A stretch of 39,642 nucleotides of DNA. It comes from an uncultured candidate division Zixibacteria bacterium. GTDB lineage: Bacteria; Zixibacteria; MSB-5A5; UBA10806. A program made the translations under genes and the position numbers. Location of the stretch: contig CAWDFP010000004.1 in NCBI GenBank assembly GCA_963801605.1, positions 1-39,642 of the forward strand, given 5' to 3'. This document shows, one piece after another, positions 10,818-21,564 of this stretch. The notes beneath the pieces are model-generated. The model had not been told where the DNA came from. It did not search any database and saw only the letters and a list, made by a program, of their open reading frames with translations. Position 1 is the first letter of the stretch; each line of letters begins with the position of its first letter.

Positions 10818-11571
10818 TCAAGGGGTCGTTCTTGTTCCCCTATTTATGAGGTTCTCGACCATCGCCAGTTCATCGACTGAGTTTATCCCGAACCCTTCCA
10901 TGGGGTCATCGGCGACTAAAGCTCCTACTTTTTGCCCCTGATTCACCAAAATCGCGATGGAATCGGTCAGATAGTACTCCTTTTGGTCATTATCGGCACT
11001 TAAGCGTCCTAAAACCGGCTTTAGCTGCTCCCAATCGAAACAATAAGCGCCGGTATTGACTTCGTTTATCCGACGGGTTGCCTCATCGGCATCGCGAAAC
11101 TCCACAATCGCCTTGAGCAGTCCATGTTGATCTCGGACAATCCGTCCATAGCTGCCGGGGTCATCAAGCTTGACTGTCAGGACCACAGCGGCGGCGCCAA
11201 GCTTATGTCGTTCCGCCACCAGGTTCTCGATAGTCTCGGCCTTGACCAGCGGCATGTCGCCGCAGAGAACCACCAGATCGCCCATGAAACCATCAAGGAG
11301 CGGTTCGGCCATCATGATGGCGTGCCCAGTGCCAAGCAGTTCGGCCTGCAAAGCAAACTCGACCCGGGCCTCTTTCAGGGACTCGCTGAACCATTTCGGC
11401 CTGATGGCCGATAACGAGAATCTGACGGTTCAGCCCCGCCTGTCTGGCGGCATCTATGACATATTGGACAATAAAACGGCCGGAAAGTTTATGCAAAACT
11501 TTCGGCAGGTCGGATTTCATCCGTTTTCCTTTGCCGGCGGCCAGAATAAGGGCAATTTTATCGTGGTTCAA
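10818..11571 (-). CDS. Sugar-phosphate nucleotidyltransferase, GlmU N-terminal (uridyltransferase) domain only (frameshifted)
   Basis: Joined ORFs 11293..11571 (LAAGKGKRMKSDLPKVLH) and 10818..11351 (LGTGHA, GDMPL, YGRIVR, EVNTG, EYYLTD, GINS). About 250 aa, no hexapeptide domain. Confidence 0.88.
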
Positions 11572-11622
11572 GCTATAGTCCTCTAATAAATGATTTCGGA
11601 GGTGAATACTGACTACTTGAGG

Positions 11623-11971
11623 TCAGACTTGCTTGTTTTTGGAATCGACCTTGACGACGACCGGTTTGTGCTTATCGGCTTCCTCGGGTGTCATCTGGCT
11701 GTAGCTGATGATGATAATGAGGTCGCCGGGCTGGCCCAGACGGGCGGCGGCGCCGTTAAGCTCGATTTTCCCGGAGCCGGCCGGGGCCTCGATAGCGTAG
11801 GTTTCGAAACGATGCGCCATTATTGATATTGACCACATGGACCAGCTCATACTGACGGATATTGGCCGCCTTGAGCAGGACCTGATCGATAGAGATAGAG
11901 CCCTCGTAATTGAGGTTGGCGCCTGTAATGGTGGCGCGGTGGATTTTCGATTTCATCATATTTATCAACAT
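11623..11971 (-). CDS. panD: Aspartate 1-decarboxylase proenzyme (frameshifted)
   Basis: [21 protein letters not shown] self-cleavage motif, [15 protein letters not shown]; joined ORFs 11756..11971 and 11623..11850. Confidence 0.95.
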
Positions 11972-12124
11972 ATCAGTCCGTTAATCTAATAGTATTAAAC
12001 GTTTTGGCAAGCAGAAAAGCGAGGCTCGCCGTACAAGGTTTCCTAATAAGGGATTAACTATGGTACGTTTGCGCGGGTTCCGGGGCTTTAATTCCGATGG
12101 GGCAGCCGATAGTGCACATAATAT

Positions 12125-13224
12125 TTACAAGTTGCGCGCCTCGTCTTTTATATTTAGCCTTTCCAAAGCAACGGACAAGTGTTTATCATAATCAAGGAAT
12201 CCCAGATACTCCGGTTGAGTTCTATTGGGATAACACGCTATCCAAAATGCTTGCGAAATTTCGATACAAAGCTGTGACGTTGTTTTAACGATATTAATCC
12301 AATCGTCGGGTTTTCTCGTTATCATTTCTTTTCCAGGCGAATAATGCGTTGCTGAATCCCTTAATAATTTCCTTTCTTCAAAAAAGACTTTAAAAGGATT
12401 CTTACGCTGTTTAATATCCGATAGAACAATTGGGGATGCCTTATCACTACGTATTATAGACGGATACTTTTCTATTTTAGATTCAATTGAAAGATATCTT
12501 CCCTTTTTCATACCACTTAGTATTTCTAAGTCATTTGAAGTTAGTATTTCCTTATTTTTTTTAAATAGTCATAACCTATACTGTTTACAAACGCTTCTAA
12601 AAACGAATAATAGCCTTGTAGGGCTATTCTGGATAATAGGGCAACATTTTGATTTAATGAATATAACTTATATATTATATCCTTAATTCTAATTTCATCA
12701 TCTATATTTGAATGTAGCTTATGAAATTTATGCATATCATTATATGCTTGCTCGGTTAGCGCGAGTAAATAAAATGCGTCTCTTAACAAAAATTCTTCTT
12801 CAACATTGGCTGAACCAGCGTGATGGCCAATACCAATTTTGGTATGATAAGGTAAATCGTCAGGGAATCCAAAATTGGAACAATCCATAACGCCTTGTAA
12901 CCAACCATACTCTAAGCCAAATGAATACAGTTCTTTGCTATTTTTGAAGAATGAATTAAATTCATGATTAATCTGGTTCATATCAACTTTTAGTTTGGCA
13001 AAATCCATATAATAATTAACAACCTTTTCCAATAAAGATAATGTCATCGGCCCCTTTTTGATTAAATCTGTTTCATCGGCGTGTTTTAAAAATTCCCAAG
13101 CTTCAATTAGCGAATTCTTTATTTCAATATTCCCAATTCCGGCTTTTGTTGGATTTAGCGAAGTCATAAGCTGTAAATATGGCAAATATAATGCTAATTT
13201 AATTTTAATCTGCTTTGTATCCAT
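12125..13224 (-). CDS. AT-rich hypothetical protein with C-terminal HEPN-like domain (frameshift in homopolymer run at 12555-12562)
   Basis: Adding one base to the 8-nt run joins ORFs 12541..13224 and 12125..12511 (DYLKKNKEILTSNDLEILSGMKKG). Has YSFLEAFVN and the RDSATH Rx4H motif. Confidence 0.6.
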
Positions 13225-13374
13225 AATTTCTATTCAAGTTGAACGGGCGGATTTGACGGAACGGGATCATACAATTAATTTTTTGAAATCGCATTACATT
13301 TGGCCTCCGAGTAAGGGAATACCCTATTTCAAAATAGCTCCCAACGTGAAATGTTTCTATATTAATATTATTAC

Positions 13375-13388
13375 TTGACTTAAGTCAA
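13375..13388. promoter_or_regulatory. CRP/FNR-family (FNR/HcpR-like) operator
   Basis: Perfect palindrome TTGAC-TTAA-GTCAA; TATATT -10-like hexamer at 13410-13415; upstream of an Fe-S protein gene. Confidence 0.6.
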
Positions 13389-13449
13389 TGCCTATCGTCT
13401 CGATTTTAGTATATTATTCGCAGTTAATGATACCACGCTCTGAAAGGAT

Positions 13450-14174
13450 ATGCTAATGCTACGGAAAATAGTCTTAATCGATGAAGAGAAATGCGATGGC
13501 TGCGGCGATTGTGTGCCATCGTGCGCCGAGGGGGCCATTCGCATTATCAACGGCAAAGCCAAACTAATCAATGATGCGCTCTGCGATGGTATCGGCGCCT
13601 GTCTCGGATATTGCCCGCAGGGGGCCATTACAATAGTTGAGCGAGAGGCGTTAGCGTTCGATGAGGAATTTGCCGATCAAAATGTTCAAGCTGAATTTGA
13701 AAAAACTCTCTCGGAACCGATCTCATACCCGGCTTGCCCGGCAGCCTGGCGCGGATGTTAAAAGCTGAGAAAACGGATGTTAGCCCAATTCCCGATACCG
13801 CGCGCAAGTCGCATCTGGAAAACTGGCCCATACAGCTTAAGCTGGTGCCGCCATCGGCGCCATATCTCAAACGAGCCAGTCTCTTAATCTGCGCTGATTG
13901 TGTCCCGTTTGCCTTAGCCGATTTTCACGAGCGGTATCTCGATGGCCGCGTCCTTATGGTCGGCTGCCCCAAGCTCGATGATCTGGAATTCTATTTTGAA
14001 AAGCTCAAGGCCATATTCGCGAACGCATTTCCGAAAGATATCACGGTGTTGCGGATGGAGGTTCCCTGCTGTTATGGTATTGTGCGGGCGGTTGAAGAGG
14101 CCCGCGACGCCGCAGCGCCGGGGACACCGGTGAATGTTATTACGATATCTGTGAATGGGGAGATTGTTGCGTAG
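13450..14174 (+). CDS. 4Fe-4S ferredoxin-domain protein (FrdX-like, family often linked to hcp) (frameshift near 13740)
   Basis: CDGCGDCVPSC and CDGIGACLGYCP clusters, then WPIQLKLV, ICADC, GCPKLDD, MEVPCC. Confidence 0.88.
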
Positions 14175-14467
14175 TTAATAAAGGGGCGGCTGTAGAACTA
14201 TGATGCCTGCTTTTTACAGGCAGATCACGGAAGCCAAAAGCTGCCACCGGAAGCTTAAGACTAAAATAATGCCCTTGGCCATATAATTATCAAAACCATG
14301 TCATCAGTGGCTGGATCAGGTCACCTTTTCGAAATTCAAACGGGGAACTACGGGTCCGGGTGAATCCGTAGAGGATTTCCCACTTCAACCAGTACTAAAA
14401 ATAGATTTGCGTCGCGATTAATCGCATATTATAATTAAATCATCATAAACATTAACCTGGAGGAGCC

Positions 14468-15891
14468 ATGAATCCAAAAAAGTTGCTGCTTGTTGCGATA
14501 CTATTTGCCGCTCTGACATTATCAGGGAAATGCAGCCTGATCAATGTCTCCGGAGATGTCAGCGGAGTCTGGAATGTCGACTCAGTCATGGTGGTGGGGC
14601 CAATCATGGTACCATCGGGCGATACCTTGCTTATTCATGCGGGCACAACTGTCTATGTACAATGCTCCAGCATGAGTTATGTTTTCAGAGTAGAGGGCAC
14701 GTTGATAGCAACTGGCAGGCCGGAAAACCCAGTAGTATTCACCAGGGGGGATCAATGGCTGTTCTGGCATATCGATTTTCATAATAACGCTTATGGGAAT
14801 TTTACATATTGTGAATTTTTATACGGCCGCTGGGGATATAACAATGGAGGCGCCATAGCCGCGGATTCATCGAATATTAAACTGGATCATTGCCAAATCG
14901 TAAGCTGCGGGGCACTTTATTCTGGCGGAGCCATTTATTGCAGCTATTCCAACCTGCGGGTATCAAATAGTTTAATCTCGAATAATTATCTGGGGGACTA
15001 CCCGGAAAATCCCGATGCATGCGGAGGCGGCATATACTGCAATTACTGCGACACTGTAGCCATAGTCAATAATCAAATTATCGGCAATATCATTATAGGA
15101 TTCGGATTTAATTTATCAAACGCCAAAGGCGGCGGCATGTATCTCGCAAACAGCCAGCAACCGGCCATATTACCGGCAATCTTATGCTGGGTAATGTCGC
15201 GTCAAGCGACGCCGGCTATGTTGGATTGGCAGTTGGCGGCGGAATATACTGCGATTGGGCGACCATTGAGAATAATACAATCGTGGGCAATCTGGCACGC
15301 TGTTTGGGTTCTTCCTATTTGATCAGCGGCGGAGGGTTAGCTGCCGGCCCGGATAATACGGTACTTAACAATATCATCTGGGATAATTGGGCCGATTCCT
15401 CAGCCCAGATTTATGGCCAGCCGCAGGTTACCTATTCCTGCATAGCCGGCGGATGGTCCGGCATTGGCAGTTTCGATTTAGATCCCCAGTTTTGCGGCCC
15501 ACTTTACGGCGATTACCATATTTCAGCGCAATCGCCCTGCGTCTCCGGCGGGTACAATGGAACCCGGGTTGGAGCGTTTGAGGTGGGATGCGATAATGAA
15601 GCCGTAATATCTGATCCTGTTACACCGAACGATTTTCGCCTATACGGCTGCTATCCCAATCCCTTCAATATGGCAACCACTATCAGCTTTGATTTATTTA
15701 CGACGGGCCATGTCCGGATTACAGTCTATGATTTGACAGGAAGCCTGGTTGAAACGGTAGTGGAGGCAGGCATACAAGCCGGGTATCACGAGATAACCTG
15801 GTCGCCTAAAGATATTTCATCGGGCATTTATTTCTGCAACATTTCAACCGGCAATTTTTCCCAAACTCAAAAGATGTTACTGGTAAAGTAG
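14468..15891 (+). CDS. Right-handed beta-helix (Pmp-like GGAI repeat) protein with T9SS type A C-terminal domain (frameshift near 15170)
   Basis: Signal peptide; GGAI/GGGIY repeats; NNIIWDN, DPQFC, SPC; C-terminal YPNPFN...VYDLTG...SSGIYF...KMLLVK; RBS GGAGG. Confidence 0.85.
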
Positions 15892-16023
15892 ATTTCTTAT
15901 TTTATGCTTGTATGGTGTCAAATCTCGGCAATTGATGCCACCGCAGTGGTTTGATTCGGGCCCGGTCGCCTTTAGGCGGATCGCCACGTCGTTCAAATGG
16001 ACTCCCCGCGATGACAAAATAAT

Positions 16024-16054
16024 AAAAAGCCGGGAACCGCATGGTTCCCCGGCT
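16024..16054 (-). terminator. Rho-independent terminator after secA
   Basis: Hairpin AGCCGGGAACC-GCAT-GGTTCCCCGGCT with a T-run on the - strand. Confidence 0.65.
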
Positions 16055-16098
16055 ACTTGAACTGGAGCAACATCAGGACGGCCGCCACCAAGTGAATT

Positions 16099-19000
16099 TT
16101 ATGCCCCTTTGCCGTGGCATTGTTTGTATTTCTTACCGCTGCCGCAGGGACAGGGGTCATTCCGTCCCGGAGTCTTATCGACTCGTATCGGTTTTTTCTT
16201 CTCCTCGCCACGCTCGGCGGCCTCTGCCATCGGACCGCTGTACTCCTCACCGCCGCCGGCGCGAATTCCCATCCCAATCGCCGATTGCTTGGCGGCCACC
16301 ATCTGGCTATGAGGCATGCGGGTCGGCTCGGTAGGCGGGCTTCATCTTGTAGATCATCCCCAGCACTTCCTCATCGATTTTCCCCATCATCTCCTCGAAC
16401 GCCTTGAAAGCCTCCTTCTTGTATTCGATTACAGGGTCGCGTTGGCCGTAAGCGCGCAAGCCGATACCGGTCTTGAGCTGATCCATCTCATAGAGATGCT
16501 CTTTCCACTGGGTATCGTATACTGAGAGGAAGGCGAACCGCTCCAGGCGGCGCATCATCTCCTCGCCTATGATATGCTCTTTCTCATCGTATATCTTGAT
16601 AGCGGCATCGATAATATGCTCGATCAGCTTATGCTGGTTGAGCTTGCCGAATCTCCTCATCGGAGTAGCGGATATCGAGCAGGAATATCTTGCGCAGTTC
16701 CTCGCGCAGTCCCATGAAATTCCAGGACTCGGCATACGATTTCTCGGGGCAATGCTCCCAAACCTTATGTTCGACAATCTCGCGCACCATCGCCTGGGCC
16801 TCTTCTTTGAGGTTTTTGCCCTTGCAGGAAATCGTTGCGACGGCCATAGATGACCTCGCGCTGGGAGTTCATGACATTATCATATTCCACCAGGTTCTTT
16901 CCTGATGGAGAAATTGTTATATTCGACCTGTTTTCTGGCCCGCTCGATAGCCTTTGTCACCATAGCGTGATTGATCGCCTCTCCCTCTTTCCAGCCGAGC
17001 GTATCCATAACACGCTCAATCCGTCCGCCGCCGAAGATGCGCATCATGTCGTCTTCCAGCGAGAGGTAGAAAGACGGAGCCGCCGGGGTCGCCCTGACGA
17101 CCGGCACGGCCTCGCAACTGACGGTCGATCCGTCGGGATTCGTGCAGGTCGGTGCCGATAATATGCAGTCCGCAGGGGACATCATCATCGCATTTCAGTT
17201 CTTTATAGAAGGGGCATTCCTGACCGTCTTTCATTCGCGATATCAAGCATGCAGATAATTCGATTTCACAACTTCCGGCGAGAGCTTGATATCGGTACCG
17301 CGGCCCGCCATGTTAGTGGCGATTGTAACAGCGCCCGGCGTTCCGGCCTTGGCGACAATCTCGGCCTCCTGCTGATGGAACTTGGCGTTGAGGACTGAGT
17401 GGCCTATCCCCTGACGTTTCAGCATGCGGGATAACGTTTCGGAGACCTCGACAGATATAGTGCCGACCAGAATCGGGATATTCTTTGTTGTGGAGACGGA
17501 CGATCTCCTCGATGATGGCGTTATATTTCTCGCGACGGGTGCGGTAGATGGTATCATCGAAATCGATTCGGCGCACCGGCTGGTTGGTCGGGATAACCAC
17601 GACATCGAGTTTGTATATCTCCCAGAACTCGGCGGCCTCGGTCTCGGCGGTACCGGTCATACCCGAGAGCTTCTTATACATCCTGAAAAAGTTCTGGAGC
17701 GTGATGGTCGCCAGTGTCTGAGTTTCACCCTCGATCGTGACGCCTTCCTTGGCCTCGATCGCCTGGTGCAGACCATCGGAGTAACGCCGGCCGGGCATGA
17801 GGCGTCCGGTGAACTCATCGACAATGAGGACTTTGCCTTCCTGCACTACGTATTCGACATCCTTCTCGAACAGCTGAAAGGCGCGCAGAAGCTGGTTGAT
17901 AGCGTGATTCTTCTCCGATTTCTCGGAATGCAGTTGATATAAATCCTCTTTCTTCTTGGCTTTCTGTTCAGGTGTCAGCGAATCGATCTTCGTCGATCTG
18001 ATGCAAGCCATCGGTGATATCCGGCACCTCGAACAGACGCTGGTCCTCGGCGGATAGCATCTTGAGGCCTGGTTCGTTCAGATAGACTGTATGTTCGCGC
18101 TCATCGATTGTGAAATAGAGATGCTCATCGACCTCGTGCAGAATCTTATCGCGACGGTAGGCCAGTTCGCGTTCTTCTGACCAGGTGGCGAACGCCCTTC
18201 TCCTTGTAGAGCTTCATCAAGCGCTTATTCTTGGGGGCGCCGCGATGCGCTCATCAGCAATTTCTCCGAGGCCTCGACTCTTTGCCCTCATCGAGCAGCT
18301 TTTCGGCTTCATCGATCAGGCTTATGAGCAGCTGGTTTTGACGCTTGACCACGTTGGCAACCAGCGGCCGCATCTCATTGAAACGGAAATTGAGTGTCGA
18401 TTCCACCGGGCCGGAGATGATGAGCGGCGTCCGGGCTTCATCGATCAAGACAGAGTCAACCTCGTCGATGATGGCGTAGGCGAAGCCGCGCTGCACCTGA
18501 TCCTCGGTACGGATCGACATATTATCGCGCAGGTAATCGAAACCGAATTCGTTGTTGGTGCCGTAGGTGATATCGCAATTGTACTGCTCGCGACGTTCCG
18601 TCGTTGTTCATCTCGTTCTGGATACAGCCGACAGTCAGGCCGAGGAACTCGATAGATCTTCCCCATCCATTGCGAGTCGCGCCGGGCCAGGTAATCGTTG
18701 ACAGTGACCAGATGGGCGCCCTGCCCGGTGAGGGCGTTGAGATAGAGCGGCATGGTGGCGACAAGGGTTTTGCCCTCGCCGGTGGCCATCTCCGCGATCT
18801 TCCCCTGATGCAGCACGATACCGCCGATAAGCTGGACATCGTACGGGACCATCTCCCATTTGAGCTGCAGGCCGGAGACATCCCACGATTGGCCTACATG
18901 CCGACGACAGGCCTCTTTGACCATGGCGAATGCTTCGGGCAGTATTTCCTCGAACTTCTCCTCCAGCCGTTCGCGATGCGCTTTGCGGTATAGCTCCGGC

Positions 19001-19213
19001 TCCATGGCCGAGCGGTCGAGTTCCTGATCGAGTATGTCGAGATGGGCCTTGAGTTCGGCTCGGAACTCGGCGGTTCGTTTGGGGAACCAGTCATCGGGTT
19101 TATCTTTGAGGGTATCGAATATCTCGTTGATTTCGTCGACAAGGGGGCGCAGTTTTTTGACATCGCGGTCCGACTTGTTGCCGAAAGATCTTCTGTATCG
19201 CTTTCATTACCAT
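16099..19213 (-). CDS. secA: Preprotein translocase ATPase SecA (multiple apparent sequencing frameshifts)
   Basis: Fragments carry [92 protein letters not shown] and C-terminal [19 protein letters not shown]-terminus [19 protein letters not shown] read by hand; start 19213 or 19207. Confidence 0.97.
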
Positions 19214-19743
19214 TATCTTAGTCCTTTTGCAATCGTCTCTACTACCATAGGCGCATTTATAGCCATGCCATTAGGCAGTATATAGGGATATATATGGTCA
19301 TTCAAGCGAAAAGTTGCAGGGGGGAGAGGGGTATGCCGGCCGTATGCATTCTAACTGATGGCGTCAGATAGGGGGCCCACGCTAAAAGCGCCCTTCAAAT
19401 TCAAAGCTCCAGGCGTTGTTGCGGAGAAGGGACGGTGAAAGCGATTGAAATTTAGTCTATAATATTCTACTTCATCCCGTTGCTAATGATATGGGGGGTC
19501 AATGCAGCTTTCTGGCATTTTGCACAAAAATGGTGCGGGTTAGAATAGTGTGTCAAAATGGCAGAAATATGTAATACCGTCAAAGCGTAGGGGGTTAATG
19601 CAGTGTCGAATTTCTAGAATTTAATAGATTAAGAAAATAGTCATTGAATATTTATAATAATATCTATAAATTGTAGTAAATACTTAACAAAATAAATTCT
19701 GGGGAATATTGATAATTTCAATTTAAAATTAAGGAAAACGAAT

Positions 19744-20310
19744 ATGGCAGATATAAGCTGGCAGGGAAAACAAACACTAAAATCATATTCTTACAACTGT
19801 GGCTATTGTGGTAAATCCTTGGCATCTGAAAAAGGATACGAGGGTAGTAATAGCAGGGGGGAAAGAGCATATATTTACATTTGTCATAATTGTAATAAAC
19901 CTACGTTAATAGATTGCGAAAAAATACAAACTCCGGCGCCCTTGCATGGAAACAATGTAGAAAATATTTCTGATGAAGGAGTTAGAGTTTTATATGAGGA
20001 ATCAAGAAAATCGATAGGTAATGGAAGCTATACTGCATCCGTACTTTGTTGCAGAAAAATACTAATGGCTATAGCAGTCTCGAAGGGAGCGAAAACGGGA
20101 GAAAGCTTTAAATCATATGTTCAATTTATATGCGATAATAATTATGTTCCTCCGGATGCGAAAGAATGGGTAGACAAAATCAGGGAAAAAGGTAATGAGG
20201 CAAATCATGAAATTGCAATTATGAGCGAAAAAGACGCGAAAGAAATTATTGATTTTGTAGAAATGATCCTAAAACTAGTCTATGAATTTCCAGCACGATC
20301 GAGAAAATAA
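19744..20310 (+). CDS. Zn-ribbon + DUF4145 (HEPN-fold) protein
   Basis: CGYC...CHNC, then YEESRK, SVLCCRKIL, IREKGNEANH (RxxGNxxxH); AT-rich. Confidence 0.8.
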   Translation: MADISWQGKQTLKSYSYNCGYCGKSLASEKGYEGSNSRGERAYIYICHNCNKPTLIDCEKIQTPAPLHGNNVENISDEGVRVLYEESRKSIGNGSYTASVLCCRKILMAIAVSKGAKTGESFKSYVQFICDNNYVPPDAKEWVDKIREKGNEANHEIAIMSEKDAKEIIDFVEMILKLVYEFPARSRK

Positions 20311-20417
20311 TATTTAAACAGTAATTAGTTTAAAATTAAGATATGAATAAGATTTACGGGGGTGATATTTAGAATATTAAAAATGCAATAAGTATTTTTT
20401 TATATTAGGGGGTATTT

Positions 20418-20630
20418 TTGGCGATAGGTTGGCAAATTCAATGGCTTGATCAATATTTATTATGGCGTTTTGCAGCTGACGCGATAGGATTTATAACGAT
20501 TCCGTTATTTCCAATATATGTTATTATTGAATGGTTATGGCATGGATGGCCTAAAGATATTACCTTTGCATTTTGTTTAGGATTATTGGGAATGTCAATT
20601 GGGATAATAGCTTATTTTATTAAAAAATGA
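20418..20630 (+). CDS. Small hydrophobic membrane protein (true start probably upstream, uncertain)
   Basis: Hydrophobic segments (FITIPLFPIYVIIEWLW; FAFCLGLLGMSIGIIAYFI); lies in the AT-rich island. Confidence 0.45.
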   Translation: MAIGWQIQWLDQYLLWRFAADAIGFITIPLFPIYVIIEWLWHGWPKDITFAFCLGLLGMSIGIIAYFIKK

Positions 20631-20710
20631 TAATTATTAAAGAAAGATTAGATTATCTTACAAAAGAATTTTAATTATCAAACAGGCAATTAATTTAAAA
20701 GATTATAAGG

Positions 20711-21250
20711 CTAAGTTAAAAGAGGAAAAAATTTTTCGGCATTTGCCTGGTCTAAAATTGCTTTTATCGTTGCCCGCCATAAGCATAAATGCATATCGTC
20801 CCATTGAGACTGTTTTAATCCTACAAATAAATTCTTTGTCGGAATGCTCTTGTTCATTAGTGTACAATCTGACGCAGAAAATGTGTCAATTTTGCAGGGA
20901 GTGTTAGAAATAAGAGTAGTTCCAGGTGTTGAAAGCATGAAGTCTAATGATCCTTTAAGTCTGCGGTCAATTGGTACGTTTTCTATTTCTTTGGGATAAG
21001 TTGAGAATGATATGTATAAATAGAACCTTCATTATCATAAGAACAAGAATATGATTTTTGGGTTATTCCAATATTTGTGCGGGAATTTTCAGATTCTGTG
21101 TCTTGAAAAAAATCTGGTTTCATTTGGAAATGAAGCACTAAAATGTGATTCTGGATATGAAAATAATTTCCATTGGGGCGTTGAATTGCAAAATAAAAAT
21201 GATAAGGAAAACAAGAATAAGAGAATAATACTTAGTTTGAAATATTTCAT
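20711..21250 (-). CDS. Exported, possibly lipoprotein, hypothetical protein (PsbP-like N-terminal motif; frameshifted)
   Basis: Hand translation from ATG at 21250: MKYFKLSIILLFLFSLSFLFCNSTPQWKLFSYPESHFSASFP; continues through frameshifts into ORF 20711..20938. Confidence 0.45.
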
Positions 21251-21416
21251 GTTTAGATAGTATTATATAAATGTTAAAATGTCAAACAATATAAAAGATA
21301 AATACTTAGGTGAAACCTTATAAAAATAAGCTTAAGCTATAAACGCCTTAAGTTAAAGGAAATCGTTCGCAACCCGATTAGTCCGGGAGCTTTGAAAAAC
21401 CAAGCCCTCCATTGTA

Positions 21417-21457
21417 TTCCCGGTGGCGTCGGGTTCGGGAACCCAACGCCACGGGAA
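21417..21457. repeat. REP-like GC-rich palindrome
   Basis: TTCCCG-GTGGCGTCGGGTTC-GG-GAACCCAACGCCAC-GGGAA near-perfect hairpin, not followed by a U-tract. Confidence 0.55.
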
Positions 21458-21507
21458 CGGCATGATATATCCACCAATGCGTATTAGCAGTGCCTCTACG
21501 GAATAAT

Positions 21508-21540
21508 AAAAAAGCCCCGGCGCATCATGCGCCGGGGCTT
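21508..21540 (-). terminator. Rho-independent terminator after kinase gene
   Basis: 13-bp stem AAGCCCCGGCGCA-TCA-TGCGCCGGGGCTT with a T-run on the - strand, 25 nt past the stop at 21565. Confidence 0.8.
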
Positions 21541-21564
21541 CCATGCAATGTCTCAAGGAGACAG

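Noticed and set aside
12000..13370. HEPN-like gene as an integron cassette
   Set aside because: No convincing attC (paired RYYYAAC…GTTRRRY boxes) and no integrase in the window.
14175..14467. Possible riboswitch upstream of the beta-helix T9SS gene (hairpin CTACGG…CCGTAG)
   Set aside because: I could not match conserved cores of c-di-GMP, TPP, SAM, cobalamin or other known riboswitches; a lone hairpin is insufficient.
16099..19213. secA as a pseudogene or as several genes
   Set aside because: All motifs are present in order, the gene is essential, and the breaks are single-base indels.
21353..21556. 6S/SRP/other ncRNA, or the 67-aa ORF
   Set aside because: No SRP or 6S hallmarks recognised; the structure is explained by a REP-like hairpin plus a terminator.
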